Shown here: piece after piece, positions 39,684 through 54,251 of the stretch
Layout of the letters: each line of letters begins with the position of its first letter
How positions within the stretch are numbered: the stretch's first letter is position 1
Made by a program: the position numbers and the translations under genes
The notes under the pieces: generated by a model
The model's input: the letters and a program-made list of their open reading frames with translations, nothing else
What the model was told of the DNA's origin: nothing
Databases searched by the model: none
Assembly (NCBI GenBank): GCA_051362555.1
Contig: CM120640.1
Coordinates: forward strand, 44,060,788 to 44,124,787
Origin: Lingula anatina
Taxonomy: Eukaryota; Animalia; Brachiopoda
Direction of reading: 5' to 3'
Length of the DNA stretch: 64,000 bases

Positions 39684-42600
39684 ATACTTTTTAAATCAAA
39701 AAAGTGTCTGTTATCGATGCATGAGGAAAGTAAATGATAACATCTAATTATTAATCATTGAAGTATATTTAAATATTGTACATTCGTGTACATATTAAGC
39801 CCTTGTCAGTGCATCCAAAAGAAACTCATTATAGCGTTGGTTTTTTTAAAAAAGATACTAATATATAATATTTTGTTTGATTTTGGCCAAATACATCTTA
39901 CCTTTAAGCATAATATTTGTTCGGTCGATTTATTGTCCCATTGAATTCTGTTTTAAGGCGCTACGACAAGTATATTACAGCCATCAGCACTGCAATAATG
40001 AGTTAATGACTTAATGCCTCTGATACGCCGACGACACTTTTAATGATGACAGATAAATAAGCTCAGCTAATTTGAGCTATCACGTTTCTTGTCAAAACCA
40101 GTGTTTTTTTCCTGTGATGATAGAAAAAAATTCAATTCAAGTGTCAGTTAAGGACATTTCCAGAGTTTCTTTTTATCTATCCATGAATATTGCTCAATGC
40201 ATTTATTTGTCTATTCATTAATCTATTTATTCACTCATCCAATTTAAGTTGCCATTAAGTTCTCTGTTACGTCTCAATTAATGTTTATCATTTTATCGTT
40301 TTTACAATTGTTTGAGATTATCTACAATTAACGTTTTGCTTGCAATTGCTTGCAACATTCAGTTAAATTAACGGCACCTGCATACAATGCCCTTCTACGC
40401 GAGGGAAATAAATGTACATCTGCATACTGATATTGGGTAACAACAATGGGACAAGGGCAGCATTGCCCCGATCTTGTGAGCACGCTTTCCGCTTAAAATA
40501 TGCATCGTATTTTTTATATATTCATAAAGGTTGGAAAATGTAACATTAAACACATTAAAAAATTATCAGGGAAGAGTACACTTAACTTCATAGTGTTGGG
40601 AAAGCACGCTGAGTTCCTGAATCGGTGGTTAAACAGTGACGAGATGAAATCGTTTTTCGTGAATTGCACACCAAAAAGTGGGGACCGGATATAGCTAATT
40701 TAATTAGTCTCATTTAATATTCATGAGACCGGGTTATAACGTCATAAGTGGAAATCTCTACTATTTACGCTAAGTCCCTATGCCGAATCTGAAGGGGGAA
40801 ACGAAACTACAGGTACACGCTAGCTGTGGTTTCTCTGACGCGTGTCTGAAGGAAACGAAGTAAGATTGTGTCATAACATCTGTGAATACTAGCTCAGATG
40901 ACAGAATTTCCTTACACATTGTTGTTTTATAAAAAGCAGTGTGCATTTCAGGTATTTAAATCCCGAAATTGAACGATTTGTAGATTAATGCACAACAACC
41001 CATTTTCGTCACCCATCAAAATTTGAGACGCAGAGCAATTTTTGTTTCTCTCTAGTGTGTGTTCCGTAAATAGTCCCTGAGATGACCAAATACATGAAAA
41101 TACTGCTCTGAGAGCTTTTTTTTCCCATAATATAAAGCTGCAAAACGGACAGGTATGCCTGAGACCCAGATTTAAGCTCTATTTTAGTGTCATGTCCGGT
41201 TAAGAATGAAAAAGTTTGAAATACACACCAATGTTTGGAAACATAAAACTGTTTGTTGTAATAAAACAAAGCTATCCCCTTTCACATGAAGGCACCCCCA
41301 TTGTAACCAGACGCATAGGAATATTTTGACAGACTTTCAAAGATGATCACCCAGTGCTGTCACCCAGTATCTCGGACGTGCAGATACCCAGTATATACAT
41401 GTACATTTGCCGAAAACTAATGACTGGCCATTAGTACACGTATAGGTCGACTTCACGTGATAGATAGCATATTCCGTTATTCGGTTTTGGGGGCATGTGT
41501 TCTGAAACGTCCAATCTCGGGTAAGAGATAAGTTTTTCTGTTAGTGATGGTTTCATTGATTTTATTTTGCTTAGAGTTTCGTTTCATTGTGTGCTTTATA
41601 ATCGATGTTTGGATAACGCCTGGCGTGTCTATAATGAAGAACACCCAAGTGCATGTGTCTGTTTACCAGCTACACTAATATACTCATAAAAAGAGGTATT
41701 TCCTGTTTTTCCTGCCCTCCACGTAGCGCAGCATCCTCTTCATGACAGATCGTTGAGCACAATCAATGAAAGATAGTGAGATGTCTGGTTAGACAATATA
41801 GAAACTTGTTACAAATAAGGCCAGACCAAAGTAGGTAAACTAGTAAACTAGTGGTGACTCTCTGTTGACAGGATTTAAATTCACGATTGTTGTTTTTTTT
41901 TAAGCATACGATGTTTAACAAGCATAAAAACAACGTTTTCTGGGTCAGTTGATTTTTCTACCAATTTTACTATTTAGGGAATTAATGTCGAATCCACACT
42001 ATGGGCGATTTAAGAGCAACAACAGCATTTATATTTTCTGCAGTAATTTTTAAATTTCCCCCTCTTACTAAGCCAGTATACGATGCAAATCCTTTTTTTA
42101 AAAAAAGGAGCGATATTTATTACAATTTCCTCAAAATTAGGGTCAATTGCGCTCGTTAAGTAACTTATCAATTTTTGTTGCTAAAGACCAAATTTATAGC
42201 CTAAGAAGTAATCACAGATAGCTAATACCGACAGGAAGATGAAGAACAATTTAAGATAATGTTACTATAGTAAATCAGGAAAAGGAATAGAGTAGAAAAA
42301 AGAATTCAATCTGTAAAAATTCATTGATATTTTTAATAAGGGAGTCGACCCTACGTGTTGACTTATATGTATACTCTGATGTATCTTTAACGACATGTTT
42401 AATAGTTTATGATACGTAACTTGTCTTAATATTATATTGCAATTAAAAATTCAAAAAGGTTACCATTTTTCGATCTATAAGCAATTTAGATTCAAATGAT
42501 AGGAGTGTGTTTTTGAGTATTCCAATTGACACGTGTGTACCCAATGCACAAGAAAACCTCTCCCATAGCTTCTATATCTGAGAGCCAGGTGCATGTAAAT

Positions 42601-45600
42601 TAAAAAAAAGAAAAAAATATCCTATCCTTTTCGATTGGCCATTCAGTTGTTGAGAGTACGGTTTCTAGTAATTAAAGTCTTAATCTAACGTACTCAACAT
42701 TATTATAGAAATGAGACGTGAGAAAAAATTGAAGACAATAGCAATGTATTTATTTCAAAAATATAAGTCATAAATTACGTAACAAATATCAAGTTTATAC
42801 TAAATTAGCGAAATAAAACTTAAAACTGCAAGATTTGGTATGTCTTCGAACATTCAGGCATCCAACTTTTTGTCAAATAGCATAAATACGGTAGTTGTAA
42901 GACAACATACAATCTATCCAGGTATACATCGCACTTTAAATAATGAAATAATAAAAAGGAAGTGGATACTGATGTTATTTTCAATAAAAGAAACATTGCT
43001 GCTTGTTTTATTAAACCCACAATAAACAGGCATTTAATAACCGTGGTTGAACAGAAGATACACTGTACGTGTTGCAACATTGTCACGCACAATGATGATG
43101 ATCAATGGTACAAATGTCGAGGTCTACTTAAACATATTGCAGTAACTATAGCGAATATATATATATTTCTTAGTGGAAATTTGTAGGGATCTCACTAACA
43201 CTTTCTATGTGAGATTGCTGGAGACCCTTGAAACGCGAAGCCTTTGGGCGTCACAGACACTCGACCCAGGAAGTGCAAGGATAAAAAAGTGAGGAAATGG
43301 CAATTTCGCTGATGATTAACGATAGGTCGATTTACTTACATATATATATATATTACCACTAAATATCACCTTTAGGGCAAACTGCGCATCAGTTTAATCT
43401 GGCATCAGTTTACAGAGACAAATCGAATTGTACACAGAAAGGCCGTTCATTTGCGATAGTGCAAGCCAACTTTGGAGAATTATTAACCTGTACAAATCCA
43501 TTAAATATACTAATTCTGTATAATACCATTTTGATAGCAGATTGATAATGTGATAACACGACGCCGTTCACTGACACTGCCTTACATTAACATCTGTCAT
43601 TGCCGTACATCCGCCTTTCTCCTTGCTGCGTGCACCATTTATGGTATATATACTAATCGTTCTCCACTAGAAAACTTTGTGCCTAATATGCTACCAATAC
43701 AAATACATAATAAAAGCATAATCTTTCCTTCAAAGTTAATAAATTGCTTCATCATCGCAATGGTGTTGGCAGTGATTTTTTTTAGTTTTTTTCCGTTTTC
43801 ACAGTTAATTTTACCATGTAATAAAAGCAACAAGTGACGCTGATCACATTAAATGTCGAAATATCACTCGGCTGTACGTAAACATTAAGTGCACAGTTCA
43901 TTTTATAATTCAAACATTTCCAGTTTCACCCATTCCCTTTATAGCTAAACCACTAAATAGGATGAAGCATCCATCTAGGAACGTCCCACTTGGTTTCAGT
44001 GGGATAAGCAAGTGCCAGGTTTATTTCCCATATGTCATTTGTTCTGACGGGAAAAGCAATTTACAGATGTCGCCAGTCCACTCAATAATATATAACTGTT
44101 TAAGCAAATGTACAAATCCTGGCCATTAATTAATTGGATTAGGAATCACACTCTATTAGATATAAGGTTTAAGATACTCAATTCTGGCGTTGAATAAACC
44201 TACGCCTCTGCCATAGTGTCTTAATTCTGATATTGTTAAGTCATTTAACTGTTGCTTTAATAGTTTTTTCTTATTCAGAGGAAATATAAAGAGAGTGGGA
44301 GGCAGCTTTCTAAATCCAGCGTTTCGTTTCTAATTTTGGCGTTTGATTACGTTGAAAGATAATCCAAGCACAACTTTTCAGAGCAAGTTACACCGAACCC
44401 GGTTATCATTGAAAAGGACAGAATAATTATGTGACTTACAGACTAAATAACTGTAAAACATTAACTATATCGTTAATTGATAAAAAAAAAGGCACAGTGC
44501 AAACTATGAGTTATTTCAAATTGAAGGTGGGCCGACTAGTGCCATTGTAAGATTGTTGCAGGTCACCCGAAGATGAAATCTATAACCATACATGTATAGA
44601 ATGCAGTCATATCAACATGTTTTATCGCCCACTGCTTGTGAAATTAAATCAAAACATTTAGATTGACTCCTTAATTTAATTAACATCTTAGATAAAGTTA
44701 GGTATCTTCAACTGAAACCACCGTTTTACACGTAGAACACAACAATATATAAATTAACAATTGTTCACATAAATGTGCACGCACCATTCAGTCTATTTTA
44801 CATTAAAAATAAAATATGTATATATAAAATAGACATCAAATATATTTTTACAGACTGATTTTGATATACACACCGACCAATCTTCCACTTTTTTACGTTT
44901 ACTAATTAAAGTTGAAAAATTAATGTGTCATTGGAGCGGTCCGAGCGGAATGTGCCATCTTAAATTCCTTTTCACCTTTAAATCTGCCTGTTGTAATGAG
45001 TCAAAAAAATTCCCTGAAAGCTGTCAAAAAAGTAATAATTATGGCGACATGAAATTGGACAATTTTGAAAATATCAACTTTTTGTTCTTTTTGGATATTT
45101 TTATTTCTTGCAAACTACGAATTTATTACTATATGTTATGGCTCTGATGATATTGAATTTTTAAAAGTAATGAAGTCGTTACCCAAGTTAAAATGTCGTT
45201 TGCATCGGAAGAAAAAATCACGGTTACAGTAGTAAGGTATGTGACCATGATAAGTAACATAATCAAATATAGTAAGGGTTTCTGTGTCACATAGATGCAG
45301 CAGCATGCTAAGTACATTAAAATCAATTGTTTCTGTTTTACTACCTTTAGTCCCTTTAGGTAGTCGTAAGGACAACTTTTTTTTCACCCAGGTAATTTTT
45401 TTCCTTCATATAAAGCTTTTTAATATCTTCAAAACAAAAAATTGTAGGAAGGAGTAAAAAAAGGAGTGATCTTACGCTTTTGAGTGTATATTGGAAGGGA
45501 TAGATTACGGATGGGTTAATGAAATACAATAAGATTTCCCGGGGGAGGGGGACTGTGGAATAGTTCACTGGTTATGTAAAAGATGTCATGATTGTATACC

Positions 45601-45802
45601 TATTAATCTCATTATGTTACGATGACAAATGCCACTGTAAGCAGTAAATGAAAAGAGAATTTTAAGCACTTATGCCCAGACGCGTTTCAATCTTTAATAA
45701 TGTGGAGATAGGACCACATCGCTTTTAAAACGGGCTGTAGGGTGAATAAGATGTCAGCTCTTCTTTTTTCATAATTGGCAACACTGCGTGTCTTCGCCGC
45801 AT

Positions 45803-46526
45803 CTAAGCTTCGGAATGACCCCTGTTCAAATGCACCAGGCTGTACTTGGTTGCGTTTGAAGGACATTGGCCAACGGTCTGAGAACAGGACGACCCCGCAG
45901 TGCTGAGAGAGCGTGCCGCCCTGTACTTCGTACTGCAGAAACAAACCATGCGCTGGAATCGGCGACGAAAATTTTGACTGAAGATAGAGTAGAGGATGGG
46001 ATTCGCAGCTGAGTTGACGTAGACCAGGCTGATCACGAAGGCGTGCCACATCCACCTCTTGTGAAGGGGAAACGGTCGAAATGTAGTATAAATTAACATC
46101 CCCTGTATAGGAGAATAACTGATTAAGTAGAGCACTACGCTAGCAACCAGCATCTTAATGACCCCTCGTCTTGCTTTCAGTGCATCCGACTCCCCTTTGT
46201 CTTTTCGGCCGCCATGAAGTTCCTCCGCCCCAGCAAAAAGCCTATGCCCTACTATAGTGTACAGCACAATAAGAATCACCATCGGCACAATGTACCACAA
46301 TGTCATTTCCGCATACTTCCAGGCAGAAAAAATGCTGCCATGATTGCCCGGGAACCTTGTAGCACATTTCGCATCAGTTGCGTTAGGAGGGGTGCCAATG
46401 ACGTTAAAAATGGGAATGGGAATTGCGAATGCAGCTGACAATGGCCAAATACAGGCGATTCCAATCAAGGTGTTACGTCGGTTGCACAGTATATTGGCTT
46501 TTAGGGGATGAACTATGGCAATGTAC
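45803..46526 (-). CDS. Class A neuropeptide GPCR, exon 2 (ERY motif end, TM4-TM7, C-terminus)
   Basis: Acceptor tttctattttag, then G-TAC-ATT completes R-Y-I of ERY. Contains YIAIVHPLKA, TM5 WYIVP, ARRGVIKML, NSAANPILY and helix-8 FSQNFR, then a stop. Spliced total 1191 nt = 396 aa. Confidence 0.94.
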
Positions 46527-47485
46527 CTAAAATAGAAATAAAATGGGAATAGGCTCTTAGTTACCAGTAAGTCTAGCAATAAAACGGTGGTGTGCACCTA
46601 AATAACTAGGTCACTGTCATATATTAAAATGCAAGTGTTAGTTACAAAATGGAGATAGTAAGTGACACAAACATGAAGAAAACAACACAGAAAACAATCT
46701 GCATCATCGAGATGATAAAAAATAACCATAACGAATCCGTAAAAAGTGAAACTACCCTGTCTAACTGAAAATAGATATATGTATACGCTAGACAGTAGAG
46801 TAAGACGGTTCCTTGTATGTTATAATCAATACAATATAAAAGTGCTTTTTAATATCGTGTATTCAATTCCTTTGTGTCCTTTACTTTATGCACATCAGGT
46901 ACGAGTACAATAGGTAATTACTATACAGAGTAAACAGACCGATGGGTAATCCTGTTAATTCCGTGATAGATTTGATTTCAGATCATAAAAACACGATAAT
47001 TAGAGACTGGTCCCGTGCCTCGTTGTATTAATTGTACGACGGCTGTGTCTTTAACACATGACCCGCGAAGAAATTAAAAAAAAAAACAGGGTCTAATGTG
47101 AGGATCTCGACGTTAATGATGATGAACGAGTGAATCACAAACATTCACCCCAAGAGGTAAAAAAGTTTCAATCAATAATTGATTTTAAAAGTTCTTTATA
47201 CAAAGTGATTCCAAGCCTCTTGGTATCAGTTGCTGCTCCACATTTCAGTAAAGAGAATCGATTTATATTCTTGAAGAGGAAAGTTGAAAGTTATCTTTCC
47301 CTTTGTAGCTCTTCAGCTTGCTGAGACTCTGGATCCAGATCAACTAACGTTTAGAAGTATTTTCCAAATACTCACTGGGCTGCTTTACAAAACAGCTGTA
47401 ATTTAAGTGTGCTGCAAAACAGATAAATGCCATGGAAGGGTAATACTATTTTTCAATATATCGGCTTTATTCATTCATTCATTCA

Positions 47486-47521
<36 letters not shown>

Positions 47522-47705
47522 CAAAAAAGAAGAGAAGGACAGAGAAGTATGACAGAGCATTTATTTAATCTTTTAAATAGAAATTCGGAATAACTGAATT
47601 TCAATATCAAATCACCGTAAGACTAAGTGTAAATATCACCCTTACACATGTGATACTGTGTCCTAGATGAAGTCAGTTTTGTCGCCGCCACATTGCTGTC
47701 GGTGG

Positions 47706-48323
47706 TCTCTGTGTCTGAAGTTCAGAAGTCCATAAACTATTCTAGTTAAAAGAGCACCACCTGGGACCTTTCTCTCCAACGAAAAGAAAGTGCAAACACA
47801 CACACACACACACACACATACACACACACACACACCTCCTTAACACCTGACGTTTTGCTCTTTCAAGATGCGTACATATGCATATATCTCTCCGTTATGA
47901 TGGAACGTGACGCCTAAATAAGTCCACCGATTACTTTTTTTAATCGTGTATGACAGGGCTCGTCCAACTGAGTTACACTGTACATTTTTTTCTCTTGGTT
48001 TATTACTGAGCCGCTTCAAAAGTTTATTAGCTGTTGATCTCTGTGTCTGAAGTTCTGAAGTCCATAAACTATTCTAGTCAAAAGAGCACCACCCAGGACC
48101 TGTCTCTTCAACGAAAAGAAAGTGCCAACAAAAAAAACACAAACCTCCTTAACACGACGTTTTGCTCTTTCAAGATACGCGTATCTGCATATATCTGTCC
48201 GTTATGATGGAATGTGACGCCTAAATAAATGTACTGATCACGTCTTTTAATCGTGTATTAATTGAGTTACACTGTATGTTTTTTTTCTCTTGGTTCAGTA
48301 CTGAGCCGCTTCAAAAGTTTATT
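47706..48323 (+). repeat. Tandem duplication of a ~300-bp unit (47706-48028 and 48038-48323)
   Basis: Both copies start TCTCTGTGTCTGAAGTTC and end ACTGAGCCGCTTCAAAAGTTTATT, and are collinear throughout with substitutions and indels. Confidence 0.92.
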
Positions 48324-51300
48324 TGAAGTTCGTCTTCTCCATCACGCGTTCCCTTGAGGTTGTCGGGACGACGGTATCATCCATCAACAACAGTGTGGAA
48401 AATGATGTGTTTCGAAAAGAAATCTCTAGATAATTAGTCGTAACCATATGCCATTAAAAGAAACCTGAGAATGACTTACGATGAAGTTGCTTCTTGGGAG
48501 AAAGTAGTAAATCTTTGCAAAATGCATTTTGATAGACATGTACATTGCATGGCTTCCTCTAAGACTTCAGACAGATGAAGTTAACCAGGCAATAAAATAT
48601 AATGGAATGATATAATGGTATGTCTCTAAGTGTGTTTTTGATAAAAGCCATTTTGTTATGACTGGCGCAAAAATTCAATAATTTGAATAATTTAAGGAAA
48701 AGATGGCCTTTGCAGAAACTTTGCCGTTTTACAATCGATTCAATAAATATTATTGATTACGCTCCCCATGAAGTTATCCTTATGCTGGCGGACTTTTAAT
48801 ACTTTCGTATGGAATTATCCTGCATGACAAATAATTCCATTCTTCTTTAAGCGTCTATCGTCTCGAGTATTAAGTATGGTCTTTCTTAAAGTCATACGAA
48901 TTAAATTTGCATAAGATTTATGTCTTAGCGCGGCTAATTCCCAAAAATTGAAATCTTAACCTTGCAAATGCATTCCACCATATTTGCTAAGTATCAAATA
49001 TAGTAAAAAGACAATGAGATATTCTTCAGAGACAAAGAGTGTGATACAGTGTGAATTAAAGATAGTAATAGCCTAAATGAAAGTGTTTAAATGTTTATTA
49101 AACAAGCATGTGCGTTTATATTAGTTAAAACAATATTAGATACTTGGATAAAACATTGATATCTGTGTTAAAAAATCAACTACAAGGTGTGCAGAGTTAG
49201 AAATTGCCAAATTAACGTGAGAATTGTTTGTCTTTTTACAATAACAGGCATATCTATTCTTTCTCTCAATGAGGTCTCTTTTGTCAACGCGTTAATGGCT
49301 TCTGAATACATGCATTTTACTTTATTTTCCCTGCATTGGCAACAGATTGATTGGTCGAGCAATGAACACTTATTAGAATACAGCAGACCTTATGATGTAT
49401 TCTCTAAAAGCCTTTGGTTCAATCTCATCCAATTTCAATACAATTCGTATGTATCGTTCAATGTGTAACACTTCACAAATTCCCAAAGGAGCCTAATGGC
49501 GGAAAGATGGAGGGAATAAGTTTGCTGTTTTTATGAGAAATTGATCAAGATCTATTATGGTTCTGATTAATTCAATGCCCAAATAATTCACTGGAACCGG
49601 GTTTTCTTTATCTTATCTGTTTTGCGACACTAGTCTAGCCCGTGATTATCATCCATTAGAATGAGATATGGTAGAAAATAAGATCATTAATTGCACAGTT
49701 AAAGGAGATTCAAACACTCGACGAAAAGGAAGGCGCCGCTCGAAAAAAGGTGGTTAAAGATGAATCGGATCAATAAAACCTTAGTTCTGGAGTGTGAACA
49801 CATTTTCAAGATCCCCTAAAAACTGCAAAATCGAAAAAAAATATCCAACTCTCTAAAACCAAATGCAATATAAACATTTAAAGCCATTGTGTCGCCCATA
49901 ACGCACTACGTAGAATGTGTTTTAGAATTTGCGCTGTAGAAATCAAGAAACAAGCAGCAAGTTTACCTGTAAAATGACACAAAACTAATGAAAATGACCG
50001 TTCTCGATTCAATGTGTCCAGGGCTTCCTAATGCACGTAATAGGTTGTTTGCTCTCCCTAGGTGACCATAGATGCTAATGACATCATACAGAAAAGGTTG
50101 ACACAGACCATTAAATGCAGTTCTCTGTATTTCTCTCCTAGCTTAGAGATTAAATCTACAATTGTCGTGCACTTGCCCGACAATTAAAGAAATGTCAAAC
50201 GCAAAAGGATCAACTTTACACGAAATGCGCGTGCCACACCAACATAGATTTGTTCAATTTATATTAGTCCTCAGGGACATGGGATTTAGAACACAATACA
50301 TTAATGTAAAATTGTGGCAAGAGAATTGATAGCCTAGGGGTCCATTGCCTGATCACACCGAAGTCCACAGAGGGTAGGAATTTATTAGACCTTGATTTCA
50401 ATAATGACAACTTTCTTCATTTCACTCCATAAATGAGTATTTTTCTCTCCATTAAAACTTGGCGTTAAACCTTTTTAAATCCGTGAACAAACTATGAAAT
50501 AAAGAAATATCTCCTAAAGAAATATCTCCTCAGCAGACCACAACAATTTACGATTAATTATGTCACTTCAAGCAGCATATAAGTGCTGCTTGTCAATTAC
50601 ACTTTTATTAATTTCATTTCAGATTTGGCCTATATCAAGCAGTCCATTATATCTGATATCGGTATTACACGACATATCAAATCTTTACATTCGTGATGGG
50701 AATCTAGATGGGCAATCTGATTGATTGATTGATTGACCGATCACCTATCACGGCCAATTGATATGCAGTTAAATGGGTGTACATGTATGTTATCCGACAC
50801 GGTTCCATTATTTCAATCAATACTTTTAAACGAGTATTAACTCTCCGTTGTTTATCAAATCGCGCAATGCAAGAAAGTAAGGAACCTTTTCGCCTCAAGA
50901 GAATTTGGCCAAGTGAGATGAAACTCTCGCTATGGAATTCTTCCTGTGCATGTTGCACTGTTAAAGGCCTTTATTGGTACAAAAGGGAACAATTTACGAG
51001 GTGTTCTTATGTGATGTAATTTGAATTTTGGCATGTTTATATAATTATCCTATAAATGTTTTTATCAAATTGCTACGACATCTACTTTGACCTGCAACCT
51101 GGCAGAGGAAAGAGGATAAGAACCTGCATTGGCCAAGATATGCAAGCAGAATAAATAAAATGACAACTACAAAAACGAGTCGTAAATTATTGATCTTTCT
51201 GGTGCACATAGAAAAAAGTTTGGATAAAGGGCGTTACTTAGTACTGAAAATAACAGATTTTCATCCCCATATCGAGAGTGCAGTAATGATTTTAAATCTA

Positions 51301-52715
51301 CTGTAAAGATACATATACATTGTATGCTCACCCCTTGTCGTTGATGTATAGAAATTCCTTCAGTTTAAGTTAATATTTCACCATTTACTGTCATAAGCTT
51401 TTGCAAGTGTATTTTTTCTCTAAATCTCAATCTAGATGTCGTTATAGAGAAAAAGACTGATTGGTTGATTTAATTGGTCAATGTGTAAAAAAGTGTATAC
51501 CGACATTGGGTTCTTCGTTGAAGCAAGACAAATGGCCGACACATTCTGTTCGCAAGAATAGCATTAAACTAACCGACCTTTCATCTTTTCAAAATCTACA
51601 TAATTACGTGGTGGACCATACATTTGCCACTAAAAGATCAGAAACGAAGTCAAAACACTAATGAATGGCATTTACCAAGCTTTTTGTCGTTATTTATGAT
51701 GAATCCTTACCGTGAATGTTTTGGCCAGTTAACGATTAACATTGCGGAAACAACATAACCGCTATATTTACAAACGTGTATGTGTGTATGTGAGTGGTTA
51801 AGTGTTTGTTTTGTTTATTATTAATAAAAAAAAACAATAAGAAAAATATCTGCAGAAGCAAAGGAAAACAAACAAACAAACAAACCAAAAACAAAGAAAA
51901 AGAAACGTTTGTCCTTCATCTTCTTCATTTAAAGATTGCCATAATTTGAGATTTGATTCGTTTTCTTCCATGAGATGTTACGTTGATTGTCATATATCCA
52001 TAAGATTGCTTTGAAATAAACAGCTGACAACATTCATTTTTCTTTTATACATGCATGCAGTACTTTTCCTTCGTCAACTATCATTTGCACGACAGTCCTT
52101 TGTAAAAGAGATTATGTCACAAAATACTATTATGTTGGGCTTGTCTACCCCTGATACATTTAATACATGTACATGACGATGATATGTGGGTAAATGCACT
52201 TTAAACCAACATCATTTAAATACAACTTAAGGCTAAGATTAAGGAGCTTTCATTTTCATTGTCCTATTCAATTTAACGCAGGAAGAAATGTATCTTATCA
52301 TTACTTCCCTGGCCAATGTACACTTACTAGAGATTAAAAGAGGTAAAAACTAAAGCATACATTATTTTATTACGACACTAACAGACACTTTTTGCTAAAT
52401 CATATCCATGCATCCAATGTATTATACTTAAGAAAAAGGTAAGAAACTTTAAAAATACTATACCGTTACAGGTTCTTATTCATCAGTTATACATACAGGT
52501 TCTATGACATCAGTTGCTACTGTGCCTCTTACAAACTCAGCTGAATAACATCTCGACCGGTTAATCGTGTTGTTTCTATTATTATTTTTAACTATCCAAA
52601 ATTGCATTTTATAGTTCAAGTTGAGGGATAAAAATAACAATCGTTCCTTTGTTCAAGACACTGAGCTTGTTGATGAAATAAAAACTACATCCAAAAATTC
52701 GTTACATCAATAAAA

Positions 52716-52723
<8 letters not shown>

Positions 52724-52808
<85 letters not shown>
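52724..52808. repeat. (TA)n microsatellite
   Basis: About 42 perfect TA units after an A run. Confidence 0.95.
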
Positions 52809-52811
<3 letters not shown>

Positions 52812-54090
52812 ATAATAAATAAATAAATTTAAAAAAAGTTAGATAAGAGTAGATGGATGCCAATTCTAATTTACAAAAAATGGGTCTAAAATCTTGTTCG
52901 TCAAATGCTATTTTCTTGTGTTAAGACTGGTTTTCATCAAATCTGAAAGTCAATTGCCTTGACATCGGGTGCTTTTTAAAAGCAATTAACTAATTACCTG
53001 TCGTCAAAATAAATGGACTACACAACGACAGTGATTTTATTCATCGCCACATGACCTTGCCTGCGTGTGTGTGGAAATTAAGTTGAAAAATTACTTGACA
53101 GTTGCACGCACAGCATACCCGTTAACACTTCATCTAAGGGGAAGGCAAATTATTTTAAGTATAAAAAAATTGGAGGCTACTGCCAATTTGACCCTCTCAG
53201 TGGCGAAAATGCTCATACTTTGTCTTGGCAATAATGACCGGAAAATGCACATTTGACAGAGACACTTTGCGGCTTGTGGCCATCAGAGTGTCAGGGAAAC
53301 TTACCAATCAAAACGTGCCGTACAAGTGCTTTACTTCTGTATACCTGCATACCGCGGTTGCGTACGTATAACATCAATATTTATTTACTTTTACAGGATA
53401 TACGGAATTGGAGAATACCGTAGACCGTATACATATGAAAACTGTCACGACTGTGAATGCCGTGGGTTCCATTAGAACCGAATACTTTGGGCGTATGTAA
53501 ATTTAGTTTTCCCTTGTTTGACTATAGGCCTTGGGTTTCACTATGAGCGAACTGCAACGGGCACACTTGACCAATACGGCTAGCCCATTCGTGTGACCCT
53601 TAATCAGATATCCACTTAAAAGCAGTTGCCATCATAAACAAAAGCTTTGCAAAAGCACTGCGGTACTAAGTTAAGGCGCCACAAGAAAACCTACAAACAG
53701 AATGCTCAGAATGGTGAAAAAAGAGGTATTGCATCACTCTCATTTGGTTTGTAGTCTAAACAAAATGGATGCTCCATGCATTAATCCCTTTGATCTTTAC
53801 TTCTTTCTGAATGTTTCCTGCCAAATTTATCTAGAAAGATCAACATAAAGTCTTATTTGGACGGACGGACGCTCCCGATTGGTGTCCCCAGGGGGCGCCG
53901 CCAGACATTTAAGAATTGCACGTACAGATCAACAAAACCTTTGATCAATTTACCCTTATTTTAAAAAATGAATTTGAATATTACGGATAACCTTTCAAAA
54001 AAAGGGCCTTGATATCCAACCAATGCAATTTAATCATTCTTAAATTAATATTAATAATACTTTTTGAACCAATTGTAAATTAAATTAAGG

Positions 54091-54181
<91 letters not shown>

Positions 54182-54204
54182 AAGAAAGAGAGAGAGAGAG
54201 AGAC

Positions 54205-54247
<43 letters not shown>
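54091..54247. repeat. Compound (AT)n-(AG)n microsatellite
   Basis: Directly visible; explains the SLSLSL/YIYIY ORFs in the track. Confidence 0.95.

Positions 54248-54251
<4 letters not shown>

Noticed and set aside
46527-46597. N-terminal part of the 264-aa ORF (MHTTVLL...FYF)
   Set aside because: Intronic sequence upstream of the true acceptor of GPCR exon 2.
49699-50140. TTAAAGGAGA-starting repeat relic
   Set aside because: No clear matching terminus or TSD visible; needs a repeat library.
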